The notes beneath the pieces are model-generated. The model was given only the letters and a program-made list of their open reading frames with translations. It was not told the origin of the DNA and made no database searches. A program made the position numbers and the translations under genes. Shown one piece after another: positions 40,391 through 54,454 of a stretch of DNA of 54,454 bases (position 1 is its first letter; each line of letters begins with the position of its first letter). The DNA comes from Pelomyxa schiedti (lineage: Eukaryota > Protista > Evosea): positions 1-54,454 of the forward strand of contig JAHLWZ010000897.1 in the NCBI GenBank assembly GCA_020536535.1, written 5' to 3'.

Positions 40391-43300
40391 ATGGAGCCAT
40401 CAAATAAACCGGCGGATCGGATGACGACGCAGAACAGGGCAGACGGGGCCGAGTGTACCACCGCCACTGAGTCCTCCTCCTCTACGTCGTCGGCGGGAGA
40501 TGGGGACAGGGGACCCGCGGGGGCCAGCGCCGCAGCCCCCACCAGCACCGGCACGACCGCGGGCGCGGGGGTAACCGGCGACCACCACCAGCAGGCGGTT
40601 GAGAGCAGTGCCGCACCCCGCGGGGGCGACGGCGCCGAGGGCGAGGGTGGCCGCGACGACGCGGACGAAGCGGAAGAGGACGACGAGGACGAGGGCGAGG
40701 ACGGGCCCGAGGGGGGCGAGGGCGAGCAGGGTGGGTCGGCAACCGCAGGTGCCACGAGGAGCACGGCGGCGGGGGGCAACAGCCACATTAAAGTCGAGGA
40801 CAGGGACGAAGGGGAAGGGGAAGGGGACGAAGGGGATGGGGAGCAGGAGGGGGACGGGGAGGGGGACGGGGAAGGGGAGGGGGAGGGGGGCAGGGGGGGC
40901 AGCAGGAGGGAGCACAGCAAGGCCAAGTTGTACACGCTGGAAAACAGCGAGTGGGTGGACCAGGGCACTGGCTTCGTGTCCTCGGGTGTCGACATGGTGT
41001 GTATGTCGTCTGTATCTGTATTAGTTGATATCGCAAATGCCACACAAACAAAAACACGCACTTTCGAAGGATACCGATGGACTTTCGATTCTCGTGCATA
41101 GGGCCGACCAGAGTCTCCTCCTCAAGATACAGGTTTCTACAGATCGAATATACAATGTGGAACAAGGTTGACATTACTTGACAACTTATTGTAACTTACC
41201 ACATTTCAAGAAAAAGTTATGGTGTGGTGTGATCCCAAGACTAAGAAACAACTCTCTCTAAGCTTCTTAAATCCCAGGCGTTGCCAGGAAATAATGTTCC
41301 AAATAACACTGCATTATATCCTCTTACAAGCACTAGGAGCGAGATACAGCAATTTCATGACAAATATGAGCGTGCTCTCAAAGTTGGGGTTCGCAAACCC
41401 AGCAGGCAGATTCCGTTTGTAAAATATACAGAAAAAAAAGGACTTGGAAATGGCGATGATGAAGATGAGGTCAGCAGCACAGGGAAGAGGTGATCACAAG
41501 CTGACCCAAGATTGAAAAACCAGGATGATGAGGAAGATGACGACGATTGCGACGTTGATTTTCCCTTGGCGCAGCGTGGACAAGTGCAGCCTCCTGCCAG
41601 TGTGGCGCCACTTGATATTCCTGCACCCAGTATGCAGAACTTATCAGAGTTGAGAGAGACAATTATGACTGCTTCGTGTGATCCCTTGATCAAACCATCA
41701 CTTATCCAAAAACTATCTGATCACGTAACCTCAAAGTATGGATGTAAAATAAATATAACCTTGTGGTGCAGGATTTTATTACACAGCTCTACAAGATCTT
41801 TGGAGAATGTGGAGATTTGGAATATGAGGCTGGTTTGCAAGAGTTGTGTCGTATTTTCAAGTTTGTAGGTATAAATGTTGCAGGGTCCTTTCATTTATCT
41901 TACTTTAAAAGCTCTCCTTGGTGATCCACGCATATTAGCAGTGTTCTTCTCATCAGATAATATTGATAAAACTATTGCGGCGTTTGAGTGTTTGCCTCTA
42001 TAACTTTGGTGTGCGACTACTAACCAACGTTCAGGTGATCCCGATTTACCAGAAGAATGCCGTGCTCGGCATCGCGATAACCTTGCCACTAAAGTGTTCA
42101 AGGAACCTGTTCCGTTTACTGATGCCCGTGTGGTATCTCTAATTCACTATACAAGTAAGCTGTTGTACTCAAGGGATGTGGTGCTAGCCAGGTGGTATGC
42201 AGTTGAACTTGTGATACTTTCATAAGTGTATCCAGGGTGATTGATGATGGCACGTACAGTTTACTGTCAGGGATGATACTCTCCAATCAGCAGGAAATAG
42301 TGAAGAAGATAAGTGCTGACACTGAGTGGCAATCAACAATGTACATCACATATCTTGGTAACTCTCTGACAGTCACAGGATCAAGAAGTTACTTTCCTCG
42401 AAAGAATCCAGTGAAGAAAGGCAGAATATTCTCCTTTTTTTGCAGGAGCTCTATAATCTTTCCAAACAAACAGTGATGAAAGAAAAAACATTTCTTATTG
42501 GGTGCCAAAGATCATTTCAAACAAGTGTAAGTCTCACATTCTCCAACAGGCAACTTTTCTATCAAGATCTCCTAGGTGGACTCACAAAGAGCTTATCTGA
42601 TGGCAGTGCACCGATTAGACTTGCTACGTAATATCACCTTCATGCACTCAAGTTCTAACTAGACACCCATGGTAGTGTTGATCTGATTACTTCCACTCTC
42701 CTTTATGATTCGAATCTCATCAGAACTCTGATTTTGTCTCAGGCAACCAGTGGCCATCCTTTTATGGCTGAATTAACTACAAGGTGCATAGGAAAACTCT
42801 TTCATCTCAACTCAACCACTTCTAGGTTATTGACAGATGATGACCCTGGCCTGATTGCAGCAGTAGCAGACATAATAAAAAGCATTTTTGACCCGGAGGT
42901 GATGATATTAACGGGATTTGTGAGTTCCATTGTTTTTTTTTCCTTCCCTTACTCCTTCAAGCCTTCCAAAGACAAACTAGTTCTTCTGCTCTACAACAAT
43001 TTCTTCCTAGATATTTGCTCTCCTCTTGGCACTTCACCCACTGTTCATCTCCATGACCAAAGTAGGTCCTTAGAATGGTACCGGCATCTTACGTTTATTC
43101 AGGGCAAATCAATGCGTCCAATAAAGATGCAATTATTAACAGTGTAGTGGAGTTAATTTGCTTTTGTATCTCAAGACACGGACCCCTAGCCAGACCTTAT
43201 GTCCTCAATACGGAAGTTATCAAACAAATCCCTTCTCTCATTGGGAGTGGACAGAAACATCTCGTCCTAGGTAATTAAGCCTACATTCTATTCTTTAACC

Positions 43301-44484
43301 TGTTGCTAGCTGGAATCAGACTATTCAGAATATGCCTAGGCACAAAGGATCCAACCTATGTCAAATACCTTGTAGAACATAGACTCTACGACCCCCTGCA
43401 TCAGATTCTTATGCAAAACATCACCAAAGACAACCTTATCAATTCTGCTGTAGTGGACGCACTTAACTTCTGCCAAAAAGTATGGAAGAACCGCATTTAA
43501 TGCTAATAATGATATCATACAGGAAAACATTAAAGAAATGGTTGCATATATCACTACCAACTATCGCGCGGAGTACAGCAGTATTCAATATGTTGATACC
43601 TTCTCCAAAGTTCTCCTGCGGCACAAACAGAACATAGAATATGAAGTGTATGTCCCGAAAGCAGCCAACAAAAATAACTTTGGTAAAGCCGCGGTACAGT
43701 ACCACGTTCCCAAATGGAGAAGCCAAAAAGTAATGCCGAAGAGCACCAAAAAGATAACCCGACCAACTCCAATGAGCCACCTTCCCCAATCCAAACAGTG
43801 TGCAATCCCAAGAAGAAGGTTCCAGGACCCTTGGAAAGGAAAATGGCAAAAGAGAAGAGGGCACATAAAGAAAAGAATACTTCACACCTCCCAACAACGG
43901 CGTCAGCCAGTGCTGCATTTTCCGAGGTATGCACAGACCACTGCAAATTCAATTTTCCCAGTACTTATCCACACGCAAAGTCAGTACCCTCTGACCCAGA
44001 TGACCTCCTGGCCTGGGCACTTAGAGAAGACAGCCAAGTAGAACCACTCGCCGGCCGCAAGCGGACCAGGAAATACCCGTACCAAGAAGATGAAGAACCA
44101 TCACCGGATACCTCCGAAAGCAATGCTTCCGCTACCACTACATCCAGCACACCCACATCCACATCATCTTGCACAACAAGCACATCCGCCAGCCTAAGTA
44201 CAAGTACAAACACAAACAAAAACACCACAGAACCGGACCCGGCACAGCGGCACAGCACACCCCCTGAGTGTGACCGCGATAGCGGCCGTGAGCCCAGAAC
44301 ACCCCCCCGAAAACACCCTAAAACAAACGCAAGGCCTCCCACTCCAATGCCAATGAAGCACCTCCCTTCCGCATCAACAACCACCACAACAACACCTACT
44401 ACTAATACACAACAAAATACCACCGAACACACAGAACCAGACTCCACCACAGCTAACACACAAAAGCAAGAAGAACAAGAATAA
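40391..44484 (+). CDS. PPP4R3: Protein phosphatase 4 regulatory subunit 3 (SMEK/Psy2-like); multi-exon
   Basis: EVH1-like AKLYTLENSEWVDQGTGF, LSLSFLNPRRCQEI, DPDLPE..RHRD, LLYSRDVVLAR.IDD, ELICFCISRH and DNLINSAVVD. Confidence 0.85.
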
Positions 44485-44670
44485 CAGCCTCCTAGCCTTA
44501 TCTCGTCCAAACAACCGAATCGTACACAACCAATACAATACACATCAACAACCCCACAGCCCAAAGTACTAGTGGGAAAAAAAAAAAGGCTTCACTACAA
44601 AAATTGACTGTGATCATAATTTGTTTTTTTTAGTTTTTCCTTCTTTTAAGTGCATTGTGAATAGGGGGTT

Positions 44671-47101
<2,431 letters not shown>

Positions 47102-47488
47102 TATGAACAAAAAAAACACAATCGTAAGAGACATAAAATAATTTGACGGGGACCCAGGGCGGTCAACTGCACAATACAACATACTATTGTACAGTATGAT
47201 ATTATATAATACACACCGGTGACTGGTACAGTCCTAGTTGACGTTGCTGCCATTTACTTTGCTTATTTCCACCAATCACGCCCTCTTGGTTTTTTTGTTT
47301 TTGTTTTTTGCTTTTCTGTTTTGATTTCGGCAGAAAACCGGTTGAAGAGGTGACACTGTGACACCCCCACATCACCTGAGACCTGTCTGATAGGTCAAAA
47401 AGCAAAGAAAAAAACCCAACATAGAAAGAAAAGAAATTTGTCTTTGAGACTGTTTATAAAACAACAACCTTGGGGAGGTGAGTGAGGA

Positions 47489-50400
47489 CTAGACATTGTG
47501 GGACCCGGGTCCGGGAGTGTTTTTGACTAGGAGGGACTGTTTGAGGGCTTCAATGTCGGCGAGAATCTGCTTGTGTTTGTCCACTTGACCCCATGTTTCA
47601 TACAGCGAAAGTAGGTTCATGTACCTGGGTGTTTTGGGTTGTTAAAACAGGTGTGATTGTGACAGTAACTTACTACTATTATAACGATTGATTGATTGAT
47701 TGATTGATTGGGTTGTTTGTTGTTGTTATTGGAACCTGTTGAGGACGTGGGGGCTGTCATCACCTAGTAGTTTGCGGGACATAGCAACACCTTCTATGAA
47801 TAACTTCTCGGCCTTGAGGTAGTTCATTTGGCTCTTGTATACTTGGGCTAACCTGTTTTGGTGTAGTGTCATTAATCATCAACACCGCTTTTCTGTTCCG
47901 GTTCTATGGAATATTCAGAGAAATACCCATTGAGGTTCTCGGCAATTTCAGGATGCTCGGTACCATATGCCTCTCTGTTTATTTCAAGTGCGCGGACGTA
48001 CATTCCTTCTGCACTGGTCTCTGTATCGAATATAATAAGTGTCCAATTCTAGGGTAATTGATAGAATATTACCATCATATCCAACAAACTTTCCCTGTGA
48101 GCGGTAGACCTCCGCCATATAATTCAGAGTGAGTGCTACATTAGTATCATTTGGTCCAAAGGATGCTGTGTTGATTTCCAGTGCTCTGGCATGGAGGGCT
48201 GCCGATTCGTCCAAATTACCACGTTTCTTTTCGACCTGTTGAAAGTGAAATGACTTATAAATGAGTTCATTGTGACCTGCCCCAATCCATTCAGGTCGGC
48301 AGCCAAAAGTGGATGGCTGTCTCCTGCATCAGGGGTAAATATTCCATTTACTCGGACTGGTAGTTACCATATAGTCTCTGATTTAGGTCAAGGGCTGCCT
48401 GAAAGCACTCTGAGGATTCATCCAATTTCCGCCGCTTTCTGTGTATGACACCTAATTCGTGCAGCAGTAGAGCAACTTTGGGGTGCTCAGACCCAAATAC
48501 TTGTGCAAGTTTAGGCCATGTTAATGGGGAAAAAGTACCTTTTTTAATAATCTCCAAAGCCTGTGAAAAATATTCGAAAGCAGTGTCAAATTGACCCAGT
48601 TTCCTTGCAACAAGTCCAAGATTTGTTAAATTATCCGCCACCTTGTGAGCTCTCAGTAAAAAACACTGTAGTGAAAGGCAACCTCTGGGTGGTCCATCCC
48701 GAAATGTGATTTGTTTATTTTCATTGCTTGGTTGTACATTTCATTTGCATCTCTGTACTTTCCTTTATGTGCATAGATACTTGCAAGAGTATTTAGGTAC
48801 AAGGCAACTTTAATATGTTCCTAAAGACTCTGAGCTAAAGATGAAGTAAAAGTGCGTGATACAGGGTTGTAGACTGTTTTGATTATCTGTATTGCTTGCT
48901 GCACCAAGGCCTCTGCGCGATCAGTCTCGGAAAGTGCTTTATAGACTAAAGCAAGGGCATTTAAGTTTTCAGCAACCTAAAACCGTTAGGCCTGCATCGT
49001 AGCAGTAACACACCTCAGGATGTTGTGTGCCAAGGTTTGTTTGATTGATTCTCAGTGCCCTTTCATACAACTCTTACAGTTGTGAGTAATGTATGCAGGA
49101 ATAGAAGTACACACGGGTAGCAGCACTCCAGTTCGCAAACTTTCTTTGAAGATCTGCTAATGCTGTGCAAATCACTGCACACTATTTGGAGCAGTCGGTT
49201 ATTTGTAGTTATGTTTAAGTGCGCAAACTTTGATGTGCTCAGTTCCAAAAATTGACTCCATTGTGGAAAGAGCCTCTTGATAAAGAGGAAGTGCTTCTTT
49301 ATATTGCCCTCTATCTTTAAGAACTTGCCTGAGTTTTTTTAAGCTGGTTGCAAAAAAAAACATGTTCTGGAAGTACCCCAAATTCGTCAGGCACTCAGCG
49401 ACATGTGGGTGAGCATTTCCAAATGCATTTCTATCTATTTCAAGGCATCTTCTGTACAACTCCTCTGCTTTTAGATGGTGTGCTTCCTTGCGATAACAAT
49501 CAGCTAGAATCTAACAGCAGAAGGTAAGATGAGTCAACAAGAGAAATGGCAGCACAGAAATGTATTTGCTGACTGTCGGATGTGATGGACCTAGCCGATT
49601 TTCGGCAATTTCGATTGCTTCGGTGATAAGTTTTTCTGCACCCTCATATTCACCCTCTTTTTTTAGAATGAGTGCTAACAATCTACCAGAAAAGTAAATG
49701 CATGAAGTACAAATTCCGCACATACGCCATGCTTTGAGCTCTATGTATACGGCCAGCATTTACCCGCTTTCTCATCTCGTACGCTTCTTGTGCCATCAAC
49801 TTGCCCTGGATAGTGTAAGAATCTTCCATATGGAACAGAGAGCTACTTGTGGGATATTGGCCTGCTGGACGTACATCTGCGCCATCTCGTGAGTTACATC
49901 TGCAACATCTCTGCATTCACTGCCTTTCAGCTGCTTAGTTTTTTCCAATACTTCTGCCATAACAGTGATAGCCTCCTAAGGAAATCAGTGGGAATGGGAA
50001 AAATTAGGAAGGCCAATACTGAAATAACACCGCTTTCCGAAAGGAACAAAGCAAGCTTATATTGAATGGTTAGGATTTCTTCATTGGTGGCTGTGTGGCT
50101 CCTTTGAAGAGATTCCAGACTGCTTTTGTAACAGGCCACAGCACCTCTGTTATCGCCACTTACTCCCCACCACCTAAACAGATCATATTTCTGAATGGAA
50201 ATTAGCCTTCGATAGAAAGAGATGTAGGTACTTACATCACTATCGTTGTACAATCGAACAAGTACATTTATATCCCCCAAAAAAGTTCTCATCCCTTCTG
50301 CATCGGATGTGATCTCCAATTGATATGGATATTCATACAACTTGCGTGGTGATAGGGGTTGAGTGGAGAAATAGAGTGTAATCTTTCTGCGGTAACCAAG

Positions 50401-53216
50401 GCGGACCTCATCATTGGGAACAAATAACTTCTCCACTGCCTGTGATATGTATGGGAACACAAGAAACTACTGGTTCTCAAAAATACCTGTCGCAGGAAGG
50501 AGTGAGAGAGATCTAGAAGCCCCGATTTATTGAGAAGTATTTCACTTGCAACGCAGGAGAAATTATTCCACACCGCGGGCTGTATACCTAGCATTCCAAC
50601 GATTTCTTCTTCTAACAAACCATTCCTGGGGTAGCAACGTCAAACCTCTTCCTCCAAATTGTGAAACTGGGTACCTTGAAACGAAAAGTAACGAAAATGT
50701 GTCTTGTACAATCGTCGGCCACAAGGGTGTGTTGTAATCGTGTTGCCACTGAGTAAGAACTTTCACAAATAATTCTGGCACACTCGAGCTCTACATATAG
50801 TTACATACTGCCACCTGAGAAAGTGGAAAGGTACTTCGACATATCCTGCAATCGTCTTGGATAGGTCAGAGAAGGATCCATGAACTCTCACTTGTTCCAA
50901 AATCGTCCGAAGAAAAATTGGACTGGAGGTAAGTCTGCACTGCAAAAGCTGAAAAATCTACTTTTCGTCACTTATGCAGCGCTATCACCAATGTGTTGTT
51001 ACCTCTTGTTCTCCAAGACGCTTTGAGTACAAGCCCAAGTACTCGTGGATGAGCTTTCTTCTCTCTACGTCACTGAGGGGTTCTGTGCACAGCTGGGGAT
51101 ACTTCCTCGACACAAGGTTGGAGTACGGTGTTGTACCCATTCTGGCTGAAACTATGACACGGAAGATTTGGGGAAATTCTGGAAGGGACCGACTTAGTTT
51201 GTTTCAACTAATAATTGAGGTAGTACCTACTGGAAGCCACAGCAAATTATGCGCCTTGGACTCAAGGTGATCGAGTCCATCAAGTATACAAACAATTTTA
51301 CAGTGGCGCTTCGTTGCAGCAGAGGCACTTAACTTGATCCACTGAGGGAGTTCAAACAAGATCAAGTCTTGTTGAGTGCTCAAATCCTTTTCCAGAGAAA
51401 AATAAGTCTTGAGGGATTCTATGGATGATAGTAAGCATTACATTGCAGAAAAGAGGGGCAAAACCTTCTAGCCGATACACGACCTTATGCACTTCAGGAT
51501 CACTTAACTCGATGAAGTGGAAGAAAAGAAAGTCTTCTGATGGAGTGCTAAGTTGATGCTGCTCTTCAAGGTATTGGTGAATCCAAGAAGCCAGCATTGA
51601 AGATTTCCCTATATGAATCACTACATTGGCAAGATGGAAATAAATCTCACCAGACCCAGAGTCTCCAGTTATTACAAGTGGTAGAGTATTATTTTCCTTT
51701 AAATGCCGCTCAATTACATTATTGTATTCATAACGCCCAATGTATGCCTGGGATCTCATTGAGGCAAACAGAGTGTGAACAGCAACAGCAGCTTGCATGG
51801 GAGAGATAGTTGCATTAGTGGGAAAATCTCGTTCAATCAATGCCAAAAGATCACTGAGTACAAGCGAAGCAAACTCATCTGGATTGTTATAGTTGTCACG
51901 AACGGGCAATTTACTGCCCCGAATTCGAGCTTTGAGGTCCTCAAGCTTGGAAGAGAATGTGAGACTGTAAATGAGAATGCTTCCTCTTTACCATGTCCAG
52001 AGAGACAGGGTGCTTTGAACGAAATTTCTTTTGTTGCTCAATGGTGAGTCCGTTGACATATGCGGGGTTTCTAAAGTAGAATAGGCACCCAGTAGCATAC
52101 TTCGGGTGAAACAGTGCGCCATAAAGCATTTCCTGAAGAAGAATTAGGTGCAGTGCCACAAAAGAAAATACAACAAGTTCAGTGATGGATCTGTCTGTAT
52201 AGTGCTCTAGCCAAGGAAAATCTTGTTCGGCCTGCCTGAAACTCTCTTCTAGAACCTTGTCTGAAGACGGAGTAAACCAGCAAGAATTTAAGCTTTACGA
52301 ACCTGGAACATCAGTACTTTTCTGTGACCACCCATACCTTGAACCCAGAAGCCCAATCATGTAAGGGCGGCACCTATCAATCTGCAGCACATAAGAACCC
52401 CCGGAAGAGAAGATATTGAGGTACCTCTTTAAGACAGATTGAAATAACTTTGCCTCCAGAGGCATCGTCGCCAGTGATGCCCCACCGGAAATCTTATGTC
52501 TTATAAGTTACAAAAAAAAAACCAGTCAACAGCTGGGAATTGTGGATGTATACCAACATCAACAAAGCTAATTCCTTTCTCTCCACACACCTTTCTCACT
52601 TCCGGGAATACCTTTTTAACCAGTAGTAGCCTCTCCGCCTCCATATCTCTATATATTAATAGAGTCATATAAGATAAGGGCCCTACCCCCACAACAAAAA
52701 CAAAAACAAAAACACCAACACTCCCAACCCACAATTCACAATACACACACCACCCGGCGCAAATATCAACCCACAAATCACATACTTTAGGGTTGACGAC
52801 ACGAACAGCCTGATTCTCCTTCCCCCGGCGGCATTGGTGGCCAGCCTGAGGCTCCTCTCCACGTCTTCCTCGGCGGGCTTGTACCTGTACTCGGCCACGA
52901 CCACCGGCCCTGTCCCATCACCCCCGTCCCCCTTGCCCCCCTTCCCGCCGCCGTACTCTCCATTTCCCTCTGCGTCATCATCCTCATCGTCGCCACTTGT
53001 CGTGGTCGTTGCAGCAGCAGCCGCAGCCGCAGCCGCGGCGGAGGTGGCAGCCAACAAGGCGGCCTGCTGTTGCTCCTGGTCGGCGACCTCGGCCATCCTG
53101 GTGTCGTACTCGTCCTGCTGTATGAACCCTGAGGACCTGAGGTCGTCGAGGGACGCCTTGAGGTGCTGCCGCTGCAGCATCATCATTCGGTTGTTCTTGC
53201 TCTTGTTGCTGCTCAT
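47489..53216 (-). CDS. NPHP3/TEP1-like protein: DUF4062 + NACHT-like P-loop NTPase + long TPR array; multi-exon
   Basis: IRLFVSSTLKDMEAER, DFRWGI, CLKEIDRCRPYMIGLLGSRYGW, Walker A GDSGSGKS, Walker B VCILDGLD, and many kinesin-light-chain-type TPRs (HPHVAECLTNLG, HPKVALLLHELG). Confidence 0.88.
47687..47710 (+). repeat. (ATTG)6 microsatellite in last intron of the TPR gene
   Basis: Seen directly. Confidence 0.85.
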
Positions 53217-53955
53217 TCGAATCAAACCCCGGGAGGTTGTGGCTTGAAGAGTTGGGATGTTGCTTGATTGTGTCTCTTGGTTGTTGATGAGACGAAAAAC
53301 GAAAAACCAGGAAATTTCTCATTTCCGTTGGGTACGGGAGACAAAAAAAAAACCGTATTGGTTGTGATCAGTGTGTCTGCACTTTAATCAGTTAGTTGTG
53401 TCATAGGGGGCAGCAGAACTCATCACAGTATGTTGGATGAACCGGGATGCCATTTGGAGAGAAGCTCAAGCAGATGTCACTTTTGAAGAATTATGGGTTT
53501 GACTGGGTGGGTTTGCAGAATGGTATTAGCTGTAAGAAACGGGTACCATGCGTAGGTTACGAAACTTCTTGTAAATATTCGGCCGCCTATTCTAGGTTAG
53601 TTGTAAACTGCGGTACTAATGTGCATAAGTTACAAAGCTGAAGAACTGGTCCCTTTCATCAAGAAAAACAGCAGTAAACGAGACTTGACTTTCTTTTTGT
53701 TAGTGTTTGTAGGGCCAGATAGCTTTAAAGTGCAGTTCAAATAAGTAATTGGCGGAAAATCTGCAGTGCGCAGTTCTTTCTTTCACTATATTAGGGGATG
53801 GTAAATTGAGTGTGAAGTTTGTACCTTTTCTGAGTTTACCACGATGCAATACGAACCGTTAGTAATAAACCTGAGGAAGATTCCTGTCTGAAAGACAGAA
53901 CAGTGTGTTTTCCGGATGAACTCATTAGCAGTAGAGGTAATTGGAATACAAGTAC

Positions 53956-54035
53956 AACCGTAGTTGCCGGGAATCGAACCCGTAACAGCAGCCTGGGAAA
54001 GCCGCTATGAATCCATTTCACCTAACCACCACGGC
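53956..54035 (-). ncRNA. Aberrant tRNA-Gly-like element (8-nt anticodon loop, extended acceptor stem); functional ncRNA or tRNA pseudogene
   Basis: A-box-like TAGGTGAAATGG, perfect B-box GGTTCGATTCCC, and anticodon arm GCGGC-TTTCCCAG-GCTGC resembling tRNA-Gly(TCC/CCC). Confidence 0.7.
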
Positions 54036-54454
54036 ACCATGACCAGAGAGGTGTGTCGGGAACGTGAGATCGAACTCGTTGCGTTCTCTTTTTTTTTTTG
54101 TTTTCTCCCTTGCCATCACATTTGCTCAATGGGAGGAAACGTCCGCTCCTGAGACTTCTCAGATTCAGGGTGTTGGCCTTGGCAAGGACACTGGCTGTGG
54201 TTCTAAGAGTCTTAGAGGTTCCTCCTTCAAGTGCCCAGATTTTTGAGAAACACGAATCTGTGTGGTACTTCGTAGACAGCTACGCCGTTGTGACAAATAC
54301 AGATCGTGCAAACAAGTACCCGTTTGGTGTTGCAGTAGCGTCGGTACAAGTTGGTTATGGGACAGTGCAAAAGCAAGGAAGAACCACACGACGGTGAGCC
54401 CGAGGAAGATGACGACGACGAGAGGAGAGGTAACCCCTAAAGGAAACATGCACA

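Noticed and set aside
53905-53930. CTAATGAG...GAAA on the minus strand resembling a hammerhead ribozyme core
   Set aside because: The core is not CUGANGA and there is no convincing stem II/III.
53956-54035. tRNA-Sec or tRNA-Pyl assignment (long acceptor stem, 4-bp T stem)
   Set aside because: No TCA or CTA anticodon and no long variable arm; the sequence is closest to tRNA-Gly.
54098-54454. Possible gene fragment at the window end
   Set aside because: No recognisable motif; strand and frame cannot be determined.

Overview
Compact, intron-rich eukaryotic (protist) genomic DNA. It holds about 17 protein-coding genes with many short introns and GC-rich, low-complexity first exons, a style that suggests an amoebozoan such as Pelomyxa (inference only). 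In order: a degenerate PI-PLC-like gene, HUS1, tRNA-Ser(CGA), CLN3/battenin, PP1 catalytic subunit, SRPK, EMC8/9, a head-to-head inverted pair of Sel1-repeat + PINK1-like kinase genes, a type II thioesterase, an Ariadne RBR E3 ligase, a GH13 alpha-glucosidase, a xanthine dehydrogenase/aldehyde oxidase, a Sel1-repeat protein, an intronless hypothetical protein, PP4R3/SMEK, glucose-6-phosphate isomerase, a DUF4062-NACHT-like-TPR protein, and an aberrant tRNA-Gly-like element. Two things stand out. First, the divergent Sel1-kinase pair, where one copy keeps HRDIK and the other reads HRGIT (pseudokinase), suggesting a paired sensor/executor module. Second, the tRNA-like gene with an 8-nt anticodon loop and an 11-bp acceptor stem. 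Gene spans were spliced by eye, so the ends are approximate.
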